Shown here in pieces: positions 37,606-49,559 of a stretch of 64,000 nt of DNA (position 1 is its first letter; every line of letters begins with the position of its first letter). Origin of the DNA: Basidiobolus meristosporus CBS 931.73. Lineage: Eukaryota > Fungi > Basidiobolomycota. The notes under the pieces were generated by a model. That model did not search any database. It was not told the origin of the DNA and saw nothing but the letters and a program-made list of their open reading frames with translations. Made by a program: the position numbers and the translations under genes. Location: positions 62,001-126,000 of the forward strand of contig MCFE01000019.1 in NCBI GenBank assembly GCA_002104905.1. The letters run 5' to 3'.

Positions 37606-38177
37606 CAGGGCAGGTCATCATTGAATCTTACATTCATATGGGTGCAGTGTCTTAAGTACAAGACTGTCTTAAACTCACATGAGTATTGACAAAAAGTAGT
37701 ATAATAGTGCTATATTGTTGAGTGTCAGATTGTTTGCTTCATGGACAAGACTACTTTGATTCAATGTTGTAGAAATGAGAGAAAGACCATGTGGCTATTG
37801 TAACTAGCCTCTCAGCCATGAAGCATGTAGACACCATTGGAAGCATTACAAGGATCACAGACAGTGTTTGCCCTGCAAGTCATATTTGACCATTCATTGG
37901 TCACTACTGTACAGATGATATCTTGCCAGCCGCTTGATACTTCTATCACAGCACTAAGCCATACTTGTCACCTTGTGCAAACTGAGTCAGGTGTGTTTGT
38001 GACATCTTTAGGCTCACCTCAGCCTTCTGAATATGGCTTGCAGAGTGATGGCTCTGAAGAAGAAGGCTCACTGATGAACTGTGAGCCTATTTCTCCTAAC
38101 TACAGTACCCTGCAAGAGCATGGCAACATCCCAATATGTGACAATATAACACCCATAGAAAAAAGTACTGAGGATAC

Positions 38178-38546
38178 TGTTGAAATATTGGACTATTTGG
38201 TATCATTCAGCAGCTAAAAATTTACTTAACAATTCTAGGCTAGTCTTAGTCACTGTAGGACTCATTTACTGCCTTAACTTCGCCACTTTCTCCAGATATA
38301 TGATCTTATGATTATTCCCCTATAGTCAGGATCAAATTAGCACTATTACCAAACATTACGTACTAACCCTGAAACTGTTACAGAATGCTCCTGAATATTG
38401 AGAAACCCTCCCTACTTAGTGTTGCAGCTGTATTACTTCTACAAAGGTATAAATACTGAGCTTCTTTATGAATAAACAACAGTTCAACTATTATCACTAT
38501 TTCTTGATAAGTTCCTTATATCCAAATCACTTCTTAAATTGCAACA
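38178..38546 (+). repeat. B1 5' LTR
   Basis: TGTTG...CAACA, with TATA-like GGTATAAAT and AATAAA inside. Confidence 0.97.
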
Positions 38547-38558
38547 GGTTATGAGCCC
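38547..38558 (+). other. Primer-binding site GGTTATGAGCCC (half-tRNA-iMet type)
   Basis: Directly abuts the 5' LTR; identical to the A1 PBS. Confidence 0.9.
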
Positions 38559-38582
38559 CGATTGCCTTAATCTATTCTAAAG

Positions 38583-39788
38583 ATGACTTCTACCAGCAAA
38601 CAAAGCAATACCAACATCTTCCCTGTAAAGGAGAGGTTTGATGGGAAGAACTACAGACTTTGGAGAATCAAGATGCAGAATCACCTTGAGGAAAGAAAGC
38701 TCTGGAACATAGTAACAGGAAAGGAAGTTGAGCCCAAAGGAACAGCAGAAGATGTGGAGAAGTTTCAAGAGAAGGAGAGAAAGGCCTTCAATGCAATATG
38801 CATCAATGTGCAAGACTCCTTCATTGGACAAATCCATGCCTCAAATACTGCCAAAGCAGCATGGGAATCCTTAGAGAAGATCTTTAGAGCAAAGTCAGTA
38901 TCAAGCAAGCTTTATTTGAAACAAAAGTTCTTCAACATGAGAAAAAAGCCAGATGATGACATGCTACAACTCATTATCAGAATGGAGACACTTGCAGAAG
39001 AACTTTACAGTATTAATGCTGGTGTAGATGATGAAGAAAAGATACTCTGTCTGCTTTGCAGCCTACCAGACGAGTATGAGCCACTCATACTTTCTTTTGA
39101 AAGCAGAGAAGACAACTTGACTTTAGACTATGTCAAAGGAAGACTTCTCCATGAAGAACTCAGACGTAATGATCAAGCAGGGAAAATTGAAGATAATGCT
39201 TTATTCAGCTCAGAAAGGCATACAGAAAAGAAGGGAAAGCAACAAAACCGAAGAAAACCTGGCTGCTGTAACTACTGTAAGAAGCCAGGACACTGGGCAA
39301 GAGAATGCAAGAAGAAACAAGCAGACGAAAAACAGAAACTAGAGCAGGCAAACCATATAACTACTGATGAATGGCTATTTGTCACTGTACAAGAGAGTGC
39401 AAGTAACCAAAGTAATGAATGGTATATTGACTCTGGAGCATCACAGCATATTTGTGGTATAAAGGATTGGTTCAGCAACTTAAAAACTATTCCCGTAAGA
39501 AAGGTTTATCTGGGAGATAACTCTGCATTGGAAGCTACCGCCAATGGGTCTATACAACTAAATATGAGTGATAAGTCAGGGGCAACAACAGCAAAACTGA
39601 CTGACGTACTCTATGTACCTGGAATAGCTAAGAACCTACTCTCAGTCAGTAAAGCAACTACTCAGGGACTGAAATTTGTTTTTACTAAGCTGAGCTGCTC
39701 AATATTGAGTGAAAATGGACAAAAATTAGCTTCGGGAATCAGAGATCACAATATATACAAGTTACAATGCAAGATCATTGTGTCCTGA
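38583..39788 (+). CDS. gag: Copia Gag + aspartic protease (B1)
   Basis: ERFDGKNYRLWRIKMQNHL (DUF4219-like), UBN2-like region, CCHC CNYCKKPGHWAREC, protease WYIDSGASQHIC and LYVPGIAKNLLSVSK. Confidence 0.92.
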   Translation: MTSTSKQSNTNIFPVKERFDGKNYRLWRIKMQNHLEERKLWNIVTGKEVEPKGTAEDVEKFQEKERKAFNAICINVQDSFIGQIHASNTAKAAWESLEKIFRAKSVSSKLYLKQKFFNMRKKPDDDMLQLIIRMETLAEELYSINAGVDDEEKILCLLCSLPDEYEPLILSFESREDNLTLDYVKGRLLHEELRRNDQAGKIEDNALFSSERHTEKKGKQQNRRKPGCCNYCKKPGHWARECKKKQADEKQKLEQANHITTDEWLFVTVQESASNQSNEWYIDSGASQHICGIKDWFSNLKTIPVRKVYLGDNSALEATANGSIQLNMSDKSGATTAKLTDVLYVPGIAKNLLSVSKATTQGLKFVFTKLSCSILSENGQKLASGIRDHNIYKLQCKIIVS

Positions 39789-42501
39789 GTATGTCAACAT
39801 TGCTGAAACTGATGAAACCAACTGGGAGACGTGGCATAGGAGGCTAGGACACATAGGGGAACAGAAAATGAGCCAATTGGTGAAAAATCAGCTTGTTTTG
39901 GGCCTAAAATACTCAATTCCGATCAAATTGAATGTTTGTAAGGGATGTTCATATGGCAAACAAGCTAGGCAACGTTTCAAGAGCTCAGAAGGCATCAATA
40001 CCACCAAAATATTGGCTATTGTACACTCAGACATATGTGGCCCCATGAGAACACTGTCCTTTGGAGCCAAGAGATACTTTATGACGTTTATTGATGACAA
40101 GACAAGATATACATGGGTGTACTTCCTCAAAACAAAGGATGAAGCTTTAGAGACGTTTAAGCACTTCAAGAACATGGCAGAAACACAAACTGGGTGTAAA
40201 TTGAAGGTACTACGAAGTGACAATGGAGGAGAATACTGCTCAAAGGAGTTTGCAAAATACTGCTTGTCTACTGGTATACTTCAACAGACCACAGTTCCTC
40301 ATACACCACAGCAAAATGGAGTAGCAGAACGTGCAAACAGAACAATAGTAGAGATGGGAAGATCTATACTACATGATAAGGGAATGGACTACAAGTTTTG
40401 GGCTGAATCTGTTGCTACCGCTGTATACATCAAGAACAGATGCCCAACAACAGCACTACGTGATTCTACACCATTTGAAGCATATACAGGCAAAAAACCA
40501 GATCTCCAGCACCTCAGGATCTTTGGCAGTGATCTTTTTTATTAAATCCCTGACAAAAAACGCTCAAAGTTGGAACCAAAGAGTAGAAAAGGGATCTTTC
40601 TTGGGTATTGTGAAGATACTAAAGGGTATAGAGTGTATGATGGCAAAACTCAGAAGCTGATCAAGAGCAGGGACGTTGTATTTGAGGAAAATTCAGATGA
40701 GAAAGCCACAGAAATCATTGGCCAGCTGCCTGATGATGCAATCAACACAAATAAAGAAGATACGTACCAAATCCAGCCAGAGATGGAAGATACTTCTACC
40801 AGTTCCAGATCAGAACAGATTATCCCAGTTAGGAGATCTACCAGAATAAGAAATGCCCCTGGATCCTGGTGGCAGATATCCAATGATCATGAAGAAGCTT
40901 ATCTTGCCTTATGTGCCAAACCTCAGAATCTGGAACAGGCAATGCAAGGTCCAGATGCTACTAAGTGGCAACAAGCCATGCAGGAGGAGTACCAATCACT
41001 GATCAAGGCAAAAACGTGGGAACTGGTAGATTTACCAAATGGGAGAAAGCCAATAGGATGTAGATGGGTCTACAAGATCAAGATAACCTCAAATGGTGCC
41101 GTTGATAAGTACAAGGCTAGATTGGTAGCTAAAGGCTATTCCCAGATCCAGGGACTAGACTTTAAGGAAACATTTGCTCCGGTTGCCAAGTTTAACTCTA
41201 TTAGGACAGTTCTAGCCCTGGCAGCTGTACACAGTCTAGATCTACACCAAATGGACGTCAAAACAGCCTTTCTAAATGGGGATTTGCAAGAAAATATATA
41301 TATGGAGCAACCAGAAGGTTTTACCGATCCAAAAAGCCCCCATAAGGTGTGCAAACTTAGAAAATTGTTGTATGGGCTTAAGCAGGCACCCAAGGCATGG
41401 TATAACAAGATTGACACATATCTAGAGGAAATTGGGTTCTCTCGTAGCACTGCAGATCACAGTATATATGTGAAACAGCTCAAAAAGGGTGTGATCATCC
41501 TAGTTCTTTATGTGGACGACCTAATTATAGCCACAAGTGATCAAGAGGCACTTAAACAGACGAAATCAGATCTCTTCAGCAAGTTTGAGATGAAAGATCT
41601 TGGAAAATTGAGATATTTTCTTGGAATTGAGGTCAAATTTGACATACCTACGCAGAAAATTGTGCTGAATCAGTCTAAGTACATCAGGGACATTCTTAGA
41701 CGCTTCAAAATGGAAAATTGCAAACCTGCAGCAACCCCTATGGACAATAACCTGAAATTAAGCAAATCTCAGCCAGTTATAGATGAAAACGGCTCAAATA
41801 TGGACCAAAACTTTCCCTATCAATCAATGGTTGGTAGCCTAATGTACTTGATGGTGTCTACATGTCCAGATATTGCAGTAGCAGTTGGAATAGTCAGTCA
41901 ATTCATGCAGAATTATGGATCAGATCAAATTGCAGCAGTTAAGCGGATTTTTAGATATCTACAAGGTACCATAAATATGGTACTGGAATACTCTGGAGCA
42001 GCAAATAGGCGAAAATTTGATGGTTATAGTGATTCAGATTGGGGTAGGGATTTGATTGACAGACGCTCTACCACAGGCTATGTATTTCTTTATGCTGGTG
42101 CAGCTATTACTTGGAATTGCAAGAAACAACCAACTGTGGCACTATCTACAACTGAAGCCAAATATATGGCTGCATGTCAAGCAACTAAGGAGGCTATATG
42201 GCGACAAAAATTATTCAAAGACTTAGGTTTTAATTCAGGTGAACCAACATGTATTTACAAGGATAATCAAAGTTGTATTTCATTAGCTAGAAATCCTACT
42301 AATCATGCCAGAACTAAGCACATTGATATACAGCATCACTTTGTGAGGGAAGCTGTAGAAAATAACTTAGTGGAGCTGGTTTACTGCCCAACTGACAAAA
42401 TGGTGGCAGACATATTGACAAAACCACTAGCTAGGCCACAGTTTGAGATCCTTAGAGAGAAATTGGGATTAAGAAATTATTTAGTTGAGGGGGAGTGTTG
42501 A
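39778..42501 (+). pseudogene. pol: Copia Pol (GAG-pre-integrase, integrase, RT, RNase H) with one in-frame TAA at 40543-40545 and +1 offset from gag-PR
   Basis: WHRRLGH..CKGC, VHSDICGP, FIDDKTRYTW, RSDNGGEY, QQNGVAERANRT, HQMDVKTAFLNG, LYVDDLII, YSDSDWG, DNQSCI, RTKHIDIQHHFVRE. ORFs 39778..40545 and 40570..42501 share one frame, and the stop lies inside the 3' LTR (GEC*). Confidence 0.92.
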
Positions 42502-42864
42502 AATATTGGACTATTTGGTATCATTCAGCAGCTAAAAATTTACTTAACAATTCTAGGCTAGTCTTAGTCACTGTAGGACTCATTTACTGCCTTAACTTCG
42601 CCACTTTCTCCAGATATATGATCTTATGATTATTCCCCTATAGTCAGGATCAAATTAGCACTATTACCAAACATTATGTACTAACCCTGAAACTGTTACA
42701 GAATGCTCCTGAATATTGAGAAACCCTCCCTACTTAGTGTTGCAGCTGTATTACTTCTACAAAGGTATAAATACTGAGCTTCTTTATGAATAAACAACAG
42801 TTCAACTATTATCACTATTTCTTGATAAGTTCCTTATATCCAAATCACTTCTTAAATTGCAACA
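42496..42864 (+). repeat. B1 3' LTR
   Basis: Matches the 5' LTR except ATTACGTA vs ATTATGTA. Confidence 0.97.
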
Positions 42865-44674
42865 GATACTTCATGGAACCTAGCAGGCCCATTAATCCCC
42901 AACTAGTAAATGATGAGATGCTTTGGCTAAAGAGGTGACATGTTTGCACTAATGTATGTTATAGGGCTGTGAGAACTTACTACTACTTCTTGCCAAAATC
43001 ATTCTAGGATGCAACTTACCATGTATAAGGTTCAAATGTACAACTATCATGAGGCTGGCAACATATGACCCAGAGACTGTCCTGATACCATCATGTTTTA
43101 ACAATTACATGGAATTCACATCAGAAAATGCCAACATTGCAAGATTTCCATCTTGTCAGGAATCAACCACCATAGGAGGAAAACATTGATCACATTCCAG
43201 ATATATTCTGGGTATAATCTTCCTGAAGAAGCTCATGCAGTCTTACAAATATTGTGAAGCTATAAAGTACTGCACTCAGTATCAATCAAGTGCAAAGATT
43301 TCCCAATTTTTTTGATGGTAAGCACTATAAGCTACTAAAAAGCAAGGGCCACACTGAAAGTATGTATAACCATACCTTTGCCTTGGCACTTGATGGAATC
43401 TCATTAAACAAGTACTCTACCAGCAAATTCTACTGGCCACTATGTCTGATTAGCCTGAATCTGCTGCCTATCCTATGGTATCAAAGCAGAAATCTGTTGG
43501 TAATTTCATTGGTATATGGGCTTAAATCCCAATCCAGCATGAACAGCTACCTGTATACATTGCTGAATGAGTTTTGCATGCTTTCCCAAGGGATACTACT
43601 AAATGGCAATCATATCAAAGTGCATGTTATTATCTGCATTAGAGACACCCCAGCCATCAGCAAGATACCCAGCTTTTCTGGGCACAATGGACAGCAATGC
43701 TGTCAAATGTGAAAGATCCAGGGGACACACTCCATAACTCACCCACATTATCATTATCCAAACACCAACACTAAGAGTGCCATCTTCCCACAGAAAGTGC
43801 ATACAGAGATTGACATATAATTGCAGCAAAGTTGGCAAGCTATAAGCCATCAGCAAGAATATGGAACTAATCAGAAGTCAGAGATACTTGAGATAGAAGG
43901 TATCTGTTGGAGCAAAAGCTATACACTGGGAGCAATGTATATGCTTTTCAACAATATCTATATAATAATGACCAAGTTGTACATAGGGCATTTAAGCTGA
44001 ATGAGCGCATTGAGATGCCAGAAAATTTGAAAGAATTGTCACGGTATCACAGAGTTTCCACTACCTAAAGTACTTCTCACAGGCTCCAATCAGTACTCAT
44101 ATGCATATGCGACAACACAAATGCAAGGACTGGATGAACTAGATATTTATTCATTTAAGTTTACCCTCTGAAGCCATTTCTACCAAGAGTACATTTGAAG
44201 CATTGAGAGTTATATGCTGAAATTGTAGGAATATTTATCCTGAAGTGGATTACCAATGCCAACTTTACATATCTACAGCTTTTACAAAAGGAGTCTGTAG
44301 CAGGATTTGATTGGCTATATTACAAGCATAAAGCTCAATGTGTAGATCTCTGCTGTTACTGTATCCATTAACTACTCCATCTTGCTTGGTGTGTGGAAAA
44401 TATTGGGCCTTGCTTCACCTTTTGGGAGTTTACTATGGAGTGGATGTGTAGGGGGATTGGAAGACAAGTCAAGTTGCAGGTACTACAATATCTAAATCTC
44501 ATCAGGAGTATTACCTTCAATTCTATCATGGATGCAATATGTTGCCACATGGAGGACAGCTAGGAAGAGTTGGAAAATACAGAGGACAGATGTGCACATG
44601 GAGGCATCTATGCCTTTGGCATTAAGAAGCTAAGCAGCCCCAATGCATGGGTAATTAGTTAAGTAATGCAAAGT

Positions 44675-46630
44675 TTTTGCACCAGGATATGTATTATTCA
44701 TTTGTTGGTTTTGGACACCAAGGAACAATATATGATGGGTCTTTATGGATATTTTACAATTGCTTATCTATTTGGGCCCCTTGCTGTATTAAGTCTCTTA
44801 CATATTGTCAAAGGTGTTTCTAAATTAACAATCCTCAATCTACCATTTATGATTGTATTTTATGTACTCTTTGGGCCATCTGTTACATATTTAACATCTC
44901 TAGATGTTTAGAAACTCTTCTTCCAATTGCATATATTGCCATAAATTTTGTTTATCTTGCCGACGTTCCCTATTCTTGCAAGTATATCTCCTATCCATGC
45001 CCCTCTTATTGCCAACCCATTGGTTATCCATTTATGAATCCCTGCCAGCCTGTTAATTACCCATCTAAATATACTTGCCAACCTGTTAGTTTTAACCCTA
45101 CACATACTCACCAGCCTGCCAGTTATAACCCTACACATACTCCAAACCCTGTTAGTTCTAACCCTATGCACACTAGTCAACCTCTCAGTCATCCATCTGC
45201 ATCTGTTTACCAGCCTATTAATCATCCTTTCGCATCTTCTTACCGACCTGTCAATTATTCATCCCCATACTCTAACAAATTTACTGGTTCTATGCCTCCA
45301 CAGTCTTGCCGGTATGTTGATTATAACACTTACTGTTCATAGTCTTACAAACCTGTTTGTTATCCATCTGAGACATTTGCCATTGTAAATGGTGTTTTAC
45401 TTATAGTCTACACCATTGTAGTGGGGTGACAGTGACACCCACTGACAGATGTGCTCATTCCCTTATTTTTCCACTTCCCTATATCTCTACTACACTTATT
45501 TTAGTTTTATCCCATTTGTCTTACCCAATCAGTACTATCCCATAAGCCGGTTGACTATCACACCTGCTTACCTTATTGCATAAGTTACCCCTCACTTTAT
45601 GTAAGATTACTAGCTACAAGTGCTTCTATATTAGACAAGTACCCGCGCCAGTACCCTTGACACATGATCAACCCGTGTCACCATCCCTACCATTTCCATA
45701 CCATATATGGTATCCCCATGTTACACAGGTTTCAGAATACTGATTCCTGATTGGTTGGATGTGTTGTGCCTCTTAGAACCTTCCGGGACCTACTTAGAAC
45801 ATTCTTAGGTCATTCTGATGTCATTAAGATTTCTATTGATATCTGGAACCTTCTGGAACACCATGATTAGTAATCACTTAGCCAGTAAGAAAAGTATATA
45901 ATGGAGGCTATCTCTCAACAATAAATCATCATCCCTTTTATCAATATACCAACTTGTTGATTAGTGTGATCACTGCTACCTGCTGCTACCTGAACTTCCA
46001 ACCCTAGACCACAGGACACTCCCAGGAAACCGCACTGACAGCCAACTGACCTTGGAGGCACTACTTGTGAGGAATACACAGAGTAGGTATCTTTTATTAT
46101 ATTTGATTCTTTCCCAAGTTTGTTCTTGTACAGGCAAAGATACTTTTCTGTCTTTGTAACTATTGACCACAGCTGCACTCTTATCAAGTCCCTGCTGGTG
46201 GAGTTTACAGTTGTTTTGACTTTGGAAGCTTTAGTACATTGTCATCTCAAAGGACGCTGAACCCAGCACATACTTTTGTTAAGACGCCAACTAAGTTGGG
46301 GATTGTAGCTCAATAGTTTTCCCTTGACAAGCTTGTGGCTTTAATCCCCTTCACATTAGATTAGAAACAGAACCCAAGTATTCCTAGCAAGCTTTTGCCA
46401 GAGGTTATTGCACCCAGTGAACACCCCACACACAAAACACTTGAGAAGTGTTGGACGTATCTCTCCCTTGGACCTATACACCACCACACCGTTTACTTTT
46501 TATTCTTTACTCACCTCATTAGACAAAAATCCAACAAAACCAACGGTTCTTCCTATTTTGACAAACTTAAACAGATGAAACAAGATTTGTTTAACAGATT
46601 CTTATCTCCAGAAGTCCAAGATTTATGTGA
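44675..46630. other. Unclassified ~2-kb insertion in the C2 transposase (hydrophobic + 11-aa-repeat ORF, then LTR-like promoter segment)
   Basis: CACTA homology breaks at GCAAAG|TTTTTG (44674) and resumes ~46630. More CpG than the host. AGAACCTT-type repeats, GTATATAA and CAATAAA at 45770-45925. Confidence 0.5.
45010..45273. repeat. Eight degenerate tandem units of exactly 33 bp (11 codons)
   Basis: Unit starts 45010, 45043, 45076, 45109, 45142, 45175, 45208, 45241. Plus frame reads xQP(V/I)x(Y/H)P. Confidence 0.9.
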
Positions 46631-47399
46631 ACAACTGATTTAAATTTGTCACACTGAAAAGTGGTAAAGTTGAGGTTATAGAAGTGAGTCACTTGCAGCA
46701 GGTGGGTGCATATGTAGAGGTTAGTATACAGTAGGCCATAGTTTTTTTTTGATTCAAAGTATATGTGGAATACCCATGGTAGTAGTGGGTAAGCATATGA
46801 AGGTAATTCTTCAATGGTATATATGAATGGTGAAAGGGGAGGTAGCAAAAGGAAATACCATTTTGTAGATTGGTATGGTAGCATTATGCAGAACTAGCTC
46901 AGGCCATTGTACTGCCATTTTAATGGCAACAAAGGCTTACAATAAGGCCATCAGAACACTGTCAAGTTTCTTGCAATAAAAGGCAAATAGATATATTTGC
47001 TGGTAGGGTCCACTCAAATATATGGTACTAGCTGTAAGCCACCGTACTGTTGTTAAAATACCAACAGATATCTATATCATCTATGAAGAATCATTGTGAT
47101 GATCCTGACAAAAGGCCACCACAAATTCAAAGTCACATGACTAAGAGGAACTGATCCCATCAGGACACTGTGCAGAGACTGTTACAGAATAATTGCGCCC
47201 CAGATTTCACAAAAACTTGGACAAAATTTTTCATCTCAACAATATATTAGTGGCTTTTGAATGGTTCCCTGCCAATTTACTCACTTTCTTATCCCAGACA
47301 CTCAATCACCTCCTACATTTATGTACAGTGGTTGGCTATTGCCTCTCTTTCACACTCCTTACTTCCTGACTCATATGTTTCTCTTACTTTTTATGTCTA

Positions 47400-49474
47400 C
47401 AAATTGATTTATTTCTGTTGAAACTTCAGTTGTACCTCAATTGCCAATTGTATTGACCTATACAAGTCCCTATACCCTACACTGATATTAAGCCCAACCC
47501 CACACTCAACAAGTAACTGCATTGAAATCCACCACTCAATAAGTATCTCTGCTGTAATGCTCTGTTTCCATGACTCTGGTGGGAACCCAACAGCTTTATG
47601 CCTCTGTTCATTCACTGGTTCCCACATGTTGTGGTCTTCAGCCAGCACTGCAAGGTCTAGCACCTCATCTGCCAGTCTTTGATATCAATCCTTGCAATAT
47701 CCAGGTGCATTCTCTTGAACACCGCTCTTGAAGAAGTGCTGCAACCTCTTGGTGTGCCTATTAATGTTCCAAAATTCCACCAAAGACATTTTGATAGTCT
47801 TTTGAGCTCATGATGTTATAGCCTTGTTTGTCAGTGGGATCTCCACTCTGTCCACAATGGAGGCTGTGGGGGTTGTGGTAGAGAGATTGCCTTTCACTGC
47901 AAACTCATTTACCTTGCTGGAGTGTAGGTCAATTGCCTGTGCTGCCAACTCTTTGAAATCAGCAGTTTTCTTGTTGGTAGTTCTTCTTGGCTATGATGGG
48001 ATTCAATCTGTTCCATGTTTACAGTGTTTATTGGCAAGAACTGCAGTTTCTTTGGTATGCTTCCCTGTCTCAGGCTTGGGTAGATGTTTTCCCTTTACCT
48101 TTTCCTTTATCACTGCCAGGTCTTTACTGCTACTTTTTCTGAGCACTTCTTGTAATTAACTACGCTTTCTCCTTGATAAATTCTGCTCTGATGCATCTGT
48201 TTTGGCCTGCTTGTCCCTTGCTGGCACTCTCCTGGTAACTTGACATTTCTTTACCGCTTGTTTTGAACTTGCAGCTGTTGTTGTGACAGGCTCCTGAGAA
48301 AGCTGCTAGTTTTATCAATGACAGGTCCTTCACTGCTACTTTGACTGAGTGCTTCTTGAGTGGTACTATGCTTTTTCTTTCATATATCTTGAGCTGGTGC
48401 ATCTGTGTCTGCCTGCTTGTCCCATATTGGCACTCTTCTAACTACCTTACATTTCTTTGATGATTGTTTGGAGCTTTCAGCCCTGATTGTAACAGGCTCT
48501 TGGAGAAGCTGCTGGTTTTTAGCCATAGCTCTCTTGTTCTTCTGCCATTGGTAGTTACTGCTATTCTTAAGATACTTTCTTAGCATACCAATGCTGGCCC
48601 AAAATCTGTTAGCCTGTTTGAGTCAAGGATAATGCTCATGAAACAAGTCAAGTGCATTCTGCTTGGCCTTGAGTTCCTGATGGTCCCATGGTATGCCAGC
48701 CTTAAGGTGATGGCATACTAGATTTCTGACAGCCTCTTGAGTATTAGCCCACTCTTTATTATTGCACTCAGCAGCTTCACAGATCTTCAATATCTTTTGA
48801 TTTCTAGGCTTTGGAATAGACACCACATTGCCTCCCACCCATGCTGTGATAGGTTTTTATGTGGGTTTTATCTTTGGGCACTGTTGTTGTGCTTCAAAGA
48901 CTGTACAGTGCTCCTCTGCTGTTACATTAGTAAACAGCTCATTTCTTGGCTGCAACACTTTGCTACTGGAGTTCCTGCTTTGCAGCAAAGACACTGCTTT
49001 CTCTACCTGGGATATTGATTGCTCTACATGTATTATCCACTCATCCTGTTTCTGGACTATTTCCTGATTTCTCTGGGCCATTGCATCTATCTTATCAGCC
49101 ACTTCACCTAGTTGCTTCATTAATGCTTTAGAATGAACTAACAACATACTTGCTAATATGGATGGTGATAATGTTATGACAGCCACTTGCTGGCCTTCAG
49201 CTGAGGGTTCTGTGTTTGCTACACTCTCATCTGCCGGAGCATAACAGTCAGCTTGTGGCTCTGCAGAGGTTCTCAATTGCCTACTTGACTGAGGGCCTGA
49301 GGAGTCTGCATTATTACCTTCAGTGAGCGCACTGCCAACATGGCCTTTTTTGGATGTAGCCTTGCTTGTTGAACTGAATGTCAAAGTAAGCTGTTGTCCA
49401 ACTGTTCTTCTGCTGCTGTCAGCGGTGGGGTTTGGTTGAGAACCAGACAACTTTGCTTTATTTTTTGGTGGCAT
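47400..49474 (-). pseudogene. Accessory ORF of CACTA-type copy C3 (best preserved; MPPKNKAK... start)
   Basis: 205-aa open N-terminus with coiled-coil-like segment, then (other frame) ...LKAGIPWDHQELKAKQNALDLFHEHYP*LKQANRFWASIGMLRKYLKNSSNYQW, then two 206-bp units (48189, 48395). 3' end approximate. Confidence 0.65.
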
Positions 49475-49559
49475 ATATATGGAAGTGAGTCAAACCAAAG
49501 GGGAAATAGTGTTACATGTACATGGGTATGTGGTGCAACAACTTTATGTATAATGCTTA

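Larger units (their letters stand above)
38178..42864 (+). mobile_element. Ty1/copia family B element B1, full-length (4687 bp), very young; TSD GATAC
   Basis: 369-bp LTRs 38178-38546 and 42496-42864, one mismatch found by eye. GATAC at 38173-38177 and 42865-42869. PBS 38547-38558, PPT GAGGGGGAG 42487-42495, complete gag-PR-IN-RT-RH. Confidence 0.98.
37606..47100 (+). mobile_element. CACTA-type copy C2 (5' module 37606-38177, transposase 42870-44674 and ~46630-47100), interrupted by copia B1 and an unclassified insertion
   Basis: RPCGYCN*PLSHEACRHHWKH 5' module; FALALDGISLNKYSTSKFYWPLCLISLNL...RDTPAISKIPSFSGHNGQQCCQM at 43290-43712. The GATAC TSD rejoins both sides of B1. Confidence 0.75.

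Noticed and set aside
45010-45273. Regularly spaced repeats as a CRISPR-like array
   Set aside because: Units are contiguous degenerate 33-mers with no repeat-spacer structure, in a eukaryotic context with no cas genes.
47166-47200. CACTG at 47166 as a possible CACTA terminus
   Set aside because: No matching inverted terminus was found at the other end of any copy, so it cannot be supported.
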